DNA of 40,000 bases, taken from sequence record MT074136.1; one strand, given 5' to 3'. The position numbers and the translations under genes are program-made. The stretch is from Bacteroides phage DAC15. The notes beneath the pieces were generated by a model. That model was given only the letters and a program-made list of their open reading frames with translations, was not told the DNA's origin and ran no database searches. Of this stretch, positions 35,177 to 40,000 are shown piece after piece. How positions within the stretch are numbered: the first letter of the stretch is position 1; every line of letters starts with the position of its first letter.

Positions 35177-35708
35177 GACATTAGGGCTGGATAAACCTAG
35201 AGTACATAAGGTCAGAGGCTCACTAGGTGTATATGATGGATTCAAGTACTATAGAAAGAACAGACCTAAAGACCATAAGTATGTGCTCACTGAATCACAG
35301 TATTTCAGTATCACCAGAAGAGTAAATGATATACTGGCTGGGATGTTAATCAGTGGTGAGGATGTACAGTTCCCTCATATGATGGGTAGATTAGAGATAA
35401 GAAAGAATGATAGGAAGGTTAAGATAGGAGCTAATGGTGAAGTTATAACTAACCTTCCTATAGATTGGGATAAGACACTAAGACTGTGGTATGAAGATGA
35501 TGAAGCTAGACTTGCTAAGACATTAGTCAGAGTAGAGGAAAGAGAGATATTCAAAGTGTATTATAATAGAGGCAAGGCTAATTATAATAACAAATCATAC
35601 TATGAGTTCAGTGTTAACAGGGACCTCAAGAAGAGACTCAAGCAGAGAATCAAAGAGGGTAAGATAGAAGCAATGTACTTAGATAAAAACAAAAGATATG
35701 CTGAATAA
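35145..35708 (+). CDS. conserved crAss-like structural-block protein
   Basis: MNMTLEEFRHKTLGLDKPRVHKVRGSLGVYDGFKYYRKNRPKDHKYVLTESQYFSI...; overlaps the preceding endonuclease by 32 nt. Confidence 0.7.
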   Translation: MNMTLEEFRHKTLGLDKPRVHKVRGSLGVYDGFKYYRKNRPKDHKYVLTESQYFSITRRVNDILAGMLISGEDVQFPHMMGRLEIRKNDRKVKIGANGEVITNLPIDWDKTLRLWYEDDEARLAKTLVRVEEREIFKVYYNRGKANYNNKSYYEFSVNRDLKKRLKQRIKEGKIEAMYLDKNKRYAE

Positions 35709-36396
35709 TTTCAATTATATAAACATCAGAGAGATAGCCAGCAGGTTAATGAGACATCCTCTCATGCAGGACTTAACTCTGGAAACTGTGATACAATATA
35801 CAGTAGACTTCATTGGTGTTGTTGGTCTCAACCCTGTATACTTTGATAAGGTAGAGGAGTTAGAAATCAACAACTATAGAGCAGCTTTACCTTGTGACTG
35901 TGTATCTATAGTACAGGTTAAAGATAAGAAGAGTAATGTATGTCTGAGATCATCTACAGACTCATTTCGTACTAAAGAAGCAAGAGGTCATTTACATAGG
36001 GAAGAGAGTACATTCAAGACTCAGAACAGTGTAATCTATACTACATTTAAGGAGGGTAAGATTGAAATAGCTTATAAGGCTATACCTGTTGATGAGGAGG
36101 GTATTCCTATGATTCCTGATAACTCTAAGTTCTTAAGAGCATTAGAAGCTTTCATTAAGAAAGAGTGGTTCAGCATACTATTTGATATGGGTAAGATTCA
36201 GCCAGCTGTACTACAGAATATACAACAAGAGTATGCATGGAGAGTAGGTCAAATGAATATGGAATTTACATTACCTTCTGTATCAGAGATGGAGTCTATC
36301 AGCAATATGCTTAATCAGCTTATACCTAGAACTAATGAGTTCAGAAAGGGATTCAAGAATCTAGGTAATAGAGAATATATGAGAGACCAAAGATAG
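35698..36396 (+). CDS. ring/tail-adaptor protein, crAss-like
   Basis: NYINIREIASRLMRHPLMQDLTLETVIQYTVDFIGVVGLNPVYFDKVEELEINNYRAALP pattern and position. Confidence 0.7.
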   Translation: MLNNFNYINIREIASRLMRHPLMQDLTLETVIQYTVDFIGVVGLNPVYFDKVEELEINNYRAALPCDCVSIVQVKDKKSNVCLRSSTDSFRTKEARGHLHREESTFKTQNSVIYTTFKEGKIEIAYKAIPVDEEGIPMIPDNSKFLRALEAFIKKEWFSILFDMGKIQPAVLQNIQQEYAWRVGQMNMEFTLPSVSEMESISNMLNQLIPRTNEFRKGFKNLGNREYMRDQR

Positions 36397-36404
36397 GAGG
36401 AGAT

Positions 36405-39400
36405 ATGATTAAACAAGAGATACATCAAATCAGGGGTATGCAGAGGGACTTAACTGTAGCTAAGTTTAGTCCTGAGTTTGCTTTTGATGCAATGAATATA
36501 AGAATAACAGCCAGAGAGAATGATACTCTATTGGCTGTTACTAATGAGAAGGGTACTCTGAATATCCCTCTTCTCTCTAATGGTGAGCCTGCTGAGATAC
36601 TAGGTGTAACATTAGGTTATTGTGTAATCAAGAACTACATTACTGTGTTTACTAAAGGTGATGTAGATAGGATATACAGGATAAATAGGGATGGAGATAT
36701 ATTCAACATTGTTACATTGTTTGAAGGTGATTTGAACTTTAATACAGACTATCCTATCCAAACTCTTGGCTCATATGAGAATGATAATATTCAGAAGGTA
36801 TATTGGGTAGATGGTATTAATCAACCTAGAATGGTTAATATAGTAGCTGACCAGGGTGAATATAATAGCCCTGATAAGTTCAACTTCATTAGAGATGTCT
36901 CAGTTAACTACACTGTGAATGTAGAGAAAGACCCTAATGGATCAGGCAGCTTTCATTCAGGTGTGATTCAGTATGCCCTTTCCTATTATGTTAAGTATGC
37001 ACAGGAGAGTGCTGTATTTTATGCTTCTCCATTACTATATATTAGCCCTGAGGGTAGAGGTGGCTCACTTGAGGAGATATGTAATTGTACATTCAAGGTA
37101 ACTATTAATGATGCTGATATTAACTTTGATGGAGTTAATATATACTCTATTCAAAGAACATCATTAGATGCTACTCCAACAGTTAAATTGATTACCAGCT
37201 TACCTATTGTTAAAGGGCAGGAGCTTATATTAGGTGTACCTTATATAGGTACTGGAAGTGTAACTGGAGTTACAGAAGAGGGTCTACAGGTATATAGGAA
37301 TAATACACTCACACCTTTAAGTAATTATCCATTTACCACTGACTCTGAAGGAAATAAGGTATGGTCATTCACCTTCAATACAGGAACTGATGGTATATTC
37401 AATGCTACTTCTGGTGTTAATATGTACAATGCCAGTTCAATGACTGTGAGAATTGGACCTACTAAGAATGAGATAACCTTTCCTACTAACACATATACTG
37501 ATTGGAGCTGTAGATTAAGTACTTCCAAGACTATATCATTTGTAGATAATGGCAGTGTAGGTACAACTATAGACCCTACTGAGTTGTTATATAAGGGGGG
37601 TGAGGAGGTTATTCCTTATACTATTACACAGAAGGATAACACACTATTTCTTGGTAACTTGACATTAAAGAGAAGGTCTATTCCTGAAGATATAAGAGCA
37701 GAAATCAAGAACCTTAATGTAGGCTCTGGTAGTAAGAATTCAGTATATGTCAATAATAGCAATAATGCTATTTATCCATATAAAGGTTATCTTAATCTTG
37801 ATAGTCAACAGGCTACTTCTTTTAAGACAGGAGAGACATATAGACTTGGTTTAATAGCCATGCATAAGACTGGTAAGTGGTCAGAAGCTTTGCCTATCAG
37901 TGATGAAGTGATGACTAGTAGAGTCATTAATTCATTTGAGCAGTGGTATCAGTTAACACAGTTCAGTTCTCTTTTACCTGCAAGTTTATGTCAGGAGTTA
38001 CTTGACTTAGACTATATAGCTGTTAAACCAGTAGTAGTATTTCCCTCATATTCAGATAGAACTGTACTATGTCAGGGTATTGCTTGTCCTACAAACTATA
38101 TTGGGGATGATAGGAAGAACAACTCTCCCTATGCCCAGTCTTCTTGGTTTGCAAGACCTAAATTATATGTAGATAAGAGTGTATATGATGTACAGGAAAC
38201 TACAGTGCAAGGTACTATACCTAAATCAGGTCATGGTGATGTTGTTGGCAGCAAGACACCACAATCAAACAAGTACTCTATAGAAGTGCAATCAGCTGTA
38301 AGAGTGTTTGTAGATGAGAATATCTTCACATTCCACTCACCTGATATTGAGTTTGATGAAGCACTTAGACCATTGTTATCTAATGCTAAGATGAGGGTAG
38401 TAGGCTTAGCTAAGACTATTAGTAATGCTATTGATTACTCTATAGTTGGTGGAAACTACTTTAGGACAAGTCATACAACTAACTACCCATACTCAGTAGT
38501 AGAATATGATTATAGTAAGTTATATAATATCTATAATCCTCTAGGATATAGAAGATTAGTAGCTGCTCCATTATGGAGAGATGGTGTCATTGCAGTTAAT
38601 AATAATCCTGAATCAGATGAAGTAGTTACTGATGATAGAGGTAGATTATACTCTGCACATATGACATTCCCTTGGCATAGAGATACCTCACTGAATAATG
38701 ACTTTAGAGGCTATGATGGTACTGCTATATTAAGAAAGAAGGTCATGTCTACCATGCTCTACACAAGTACAGAGTATCTTGGCTATACTAGATATTATAA
38801 CTTTGAGGAGGATAATGACACATATAGAACAGGTATTAGTGGTATAACTGTAGTAGACTCTAATGAGGTAACCATAGAGAGAATACCTGTACCTAAATAT
38901 AGTACTGATTCAGAGCAAGCTGTTTATCAAGGTAACTATAATAGTGTAGTCATTAATACAGATGAGACTTCTGGTGCTATATCCAGTTATGCTCTTTATG
39001 GAGCTGGGACTAGTGAACAAGATGCTACAGCTAACTGGAACTTCTTCTACAATAATGAGTACATGGCAACTAGAACAGATGCTGGAGAATTTCCATATCA
39101 GACTGATGGATGGATAACTTATCCAAAAAGGTTCTCAACAGATGGGGTTAGTATGAAGTACAAATCAACTGCCCATGCAGTTATAAGGTTCAATAATAAC
39201 AGGTTATATAATCCTGTGGTACTTCCAGCTATTTCTAGAGCTGACCAAGGTATTTATGGAACAGTTACTCCTAACTATCCTCCAGTATCTAATACCATTA
39301 CTATCAACTATAAGAGCAGCACTCAGCCTATAGGAGCTCTATCAGGTCAGAGGTGGTTCAAGTTAATAGGCTCAAATCAGTTCCAAGGTAATCTATACCT

Positions 39401-40000
39401 GTTTACTAATGGTGCTTGGGAAGAGGTTGAATCACCTGTTATAGATGGTACTACATTATACTCATTTGCAGGCAATAACTATTATTTAGAGAAGAGGTCA
39501 ACTAATAGTTACTACACTCTTATAACAAGAGATGATATTACTCCTTTCTATAAGGATGATATTAGTAGCCTGTTTAGTGCAAGTAGTACAGATGCTACTG
39601 CATTCCTAGTTACTGAGTTATACAGAGATAATATAGTTAATAGATTTGGAGGTGATACTGACAATGCTTATAGTAATAACATATGGCTCCCAGGAGGGAA
39701 GACTGTACCATTAACAACTAATGGAGTTACTATAGTATGGGAACAAGGTGATACCTTCTTCCAGAGGTATGACCACCTGAAGACTTATCCATTTGATGAG
39801 GAGAGTAAGAATAACATTGTTGAGATAGTGTCATTTATGTGTGAGACCAGAGTTAATGCAGATGGAAGATATGATAGGAATAGAGGACAGAAGAACAATA
39901 TGTCCATGACCCCCCAGAACTTCAATCTATTCAACCCTGTATATAGCCAGAAGGATAACTTCTTCACATATAACTATGCAGACTTGGATTTATCAGCACT
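36405..40000 (+). CDS. large crAss-like tail/stabilization protein, truncated by the window end
   Basis: Open frame from ATG 36405 (preceded by AGGAGGAG): MIKQEIHQIRGMQRGLTVAKFSPEFAFDAMNIRITARENDTLLAVTNEKG...; the ORF track omits it because no stop lies in the window. Confidence 0.8.
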   Translation, partial: MIKQEIHQIRGMQRDLTVAKFSPEFAFDAMNIRITARENDTLLAVTNEKGTLNIPLLSNGEPAEILGVTLGYCVIKNYITVFTKGDVDRIYRINRDGDIFNIVTLFEGDLNFNTDYPIQTLGSYENDNIQKVYWVDGINQPRMVNIVADQGEYNSPDKFNFIRDVSVNYTVNVEKDPNGSGSFHSGVIQYALSYYVKYAQESAVFYASPLLYISPEGRGGSLEEICNCTFKVTINDADINFDGVNIYSIQRTSLDATPTVKLITSLPIVKGQELILGVPYIGTGSVTGVTEEGLQVYRNNTLTPLSNYPFTTDSEGNKVWSFTFNTGTDGIFNATSGVNMYNASSMTVRIGPTKNEITFPTNTYTDWSCRLSTSKTISFVDNGSVGTTIDPTELLYKGGEEVIPYTITQKDNTLFLGNLTLKRRSIPEDIRAEIKNLNVGSGSKNSVYVNNSNNAIYPYKGYLNLDSQQATSFKTGETYRLGLIAMHKTGKWSEALPISDEVMTSRVINSFEQWYQLTQFSSLLPASLCQELLDLDYIAVKPVVVFPSYSDRTVLCQGIACPTNYIGDDRKNNSPYAQSSWFARPKLYVDKSVYDVQETTVQGTIPKSGHGDVVGSKTPQSNKYSIEVQSAVRVFVDENIFTFHSPDIEFDEALRPLLSNAKMRVVGLAKTISNAIDYSIVGGNYFRTSHTTNYPYSVVEYDYSKLYNIYNPLGYRRLVAAPLWRDGVIAVNNNPESDEVVTDDRGRLYSAHMTFPWHRDTSLNNDFRGYDGTAILRKKVMSTMLYTSTEYLGYTRYYNFEEDNDTYRTGISGITVVDSNEVTIERIPVPKYSTDSEQAVYQGNYNSVVINTDETSGAISSYALYGAGTSEQDATANWNFFYNNEYMATRTDAGEFPYQTDGWITYPKRFSTDGVSMKYKSTAHAVIRFNNNRLYNPVVLPAISRADQGIYGTVTPNYPPVSNTITINYKSSTQPIGALSGQRWFKLIGSNQFQGNLYLFTNGAWEEVESPVIDGTTLYSFAGNNYYLEKRSTNSYYTLITRDDITPFYKDDISSLFSASSTDATAFLVTELYRDNIVNRFGGDTDNAYSNNIWLPGGKTVPLTTNGVTIVWEQGDTFFQRYDHLKTYPFDEESKNNIVEIVSFMCETRVNADGRYDRNRGQKNNMSMTPQNFNLFNPVYSQKDNFFTYNYADLDLSA

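Noticed and set aside
1-40000. CRISPR array, restriction-modification, toxin-antitoxin, retron or DGR
   Set aside because: No regularly spaced repeats, reverse transcriptase, methyltransferase or TA-like pairs were recognised. Repeats in fiber genes are protein-domain repeats, and no template-repeat/variable-repeat pair with an RT is present.

Overview
This window is a contiguous piece of a crAss-like phage genome (Crassvirales, Bacteroidales host). I infer this from protein content, gene order and Bacteroidales-type promoters; no database search was run. The left ~1.7 kb carries small leftward genes, including a duplicated pair. A long rightward block follows: a HExxH protein, a 13-tRNA array with embedded HNH endonuclease genes, a DnaQ-like exonuclease, small packaging/replication-associated genes, TerL, portal, head fiber, large repeat-rich fibers and beta-helix proteins, a lysis cassette, scaffold, major capsid protein, ring/connector proteins and the start of a large tail protein running off the window. 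The most interesting points are: (1) an Ala1 intein with a LAGLIDADG endonuclease inserted in the TerL Walker A motif (GAGK^S); (2) five free-standing homing-endonuclease-type genes (3 GIY-YIG, 2 HNH), one interrupted by a single-base frameshift in an A6 run; (3) eight promoters of identical architecture, TTG-N20-TANNTTTG, marking transcription units and correcting one gene start; (4) an in-frame TAA near the 5' end of a tail/appendage gene whose coding signal continues upstream of the called start; (5) atypical tRNAs (two Leu tRNAs with short variable arms, a tRNA-Ile(TAU), an odd tRNA-Ala); (6) a duplicated leader plus gene cassette at the left end. I found no convincing new defence or anti-defence system.
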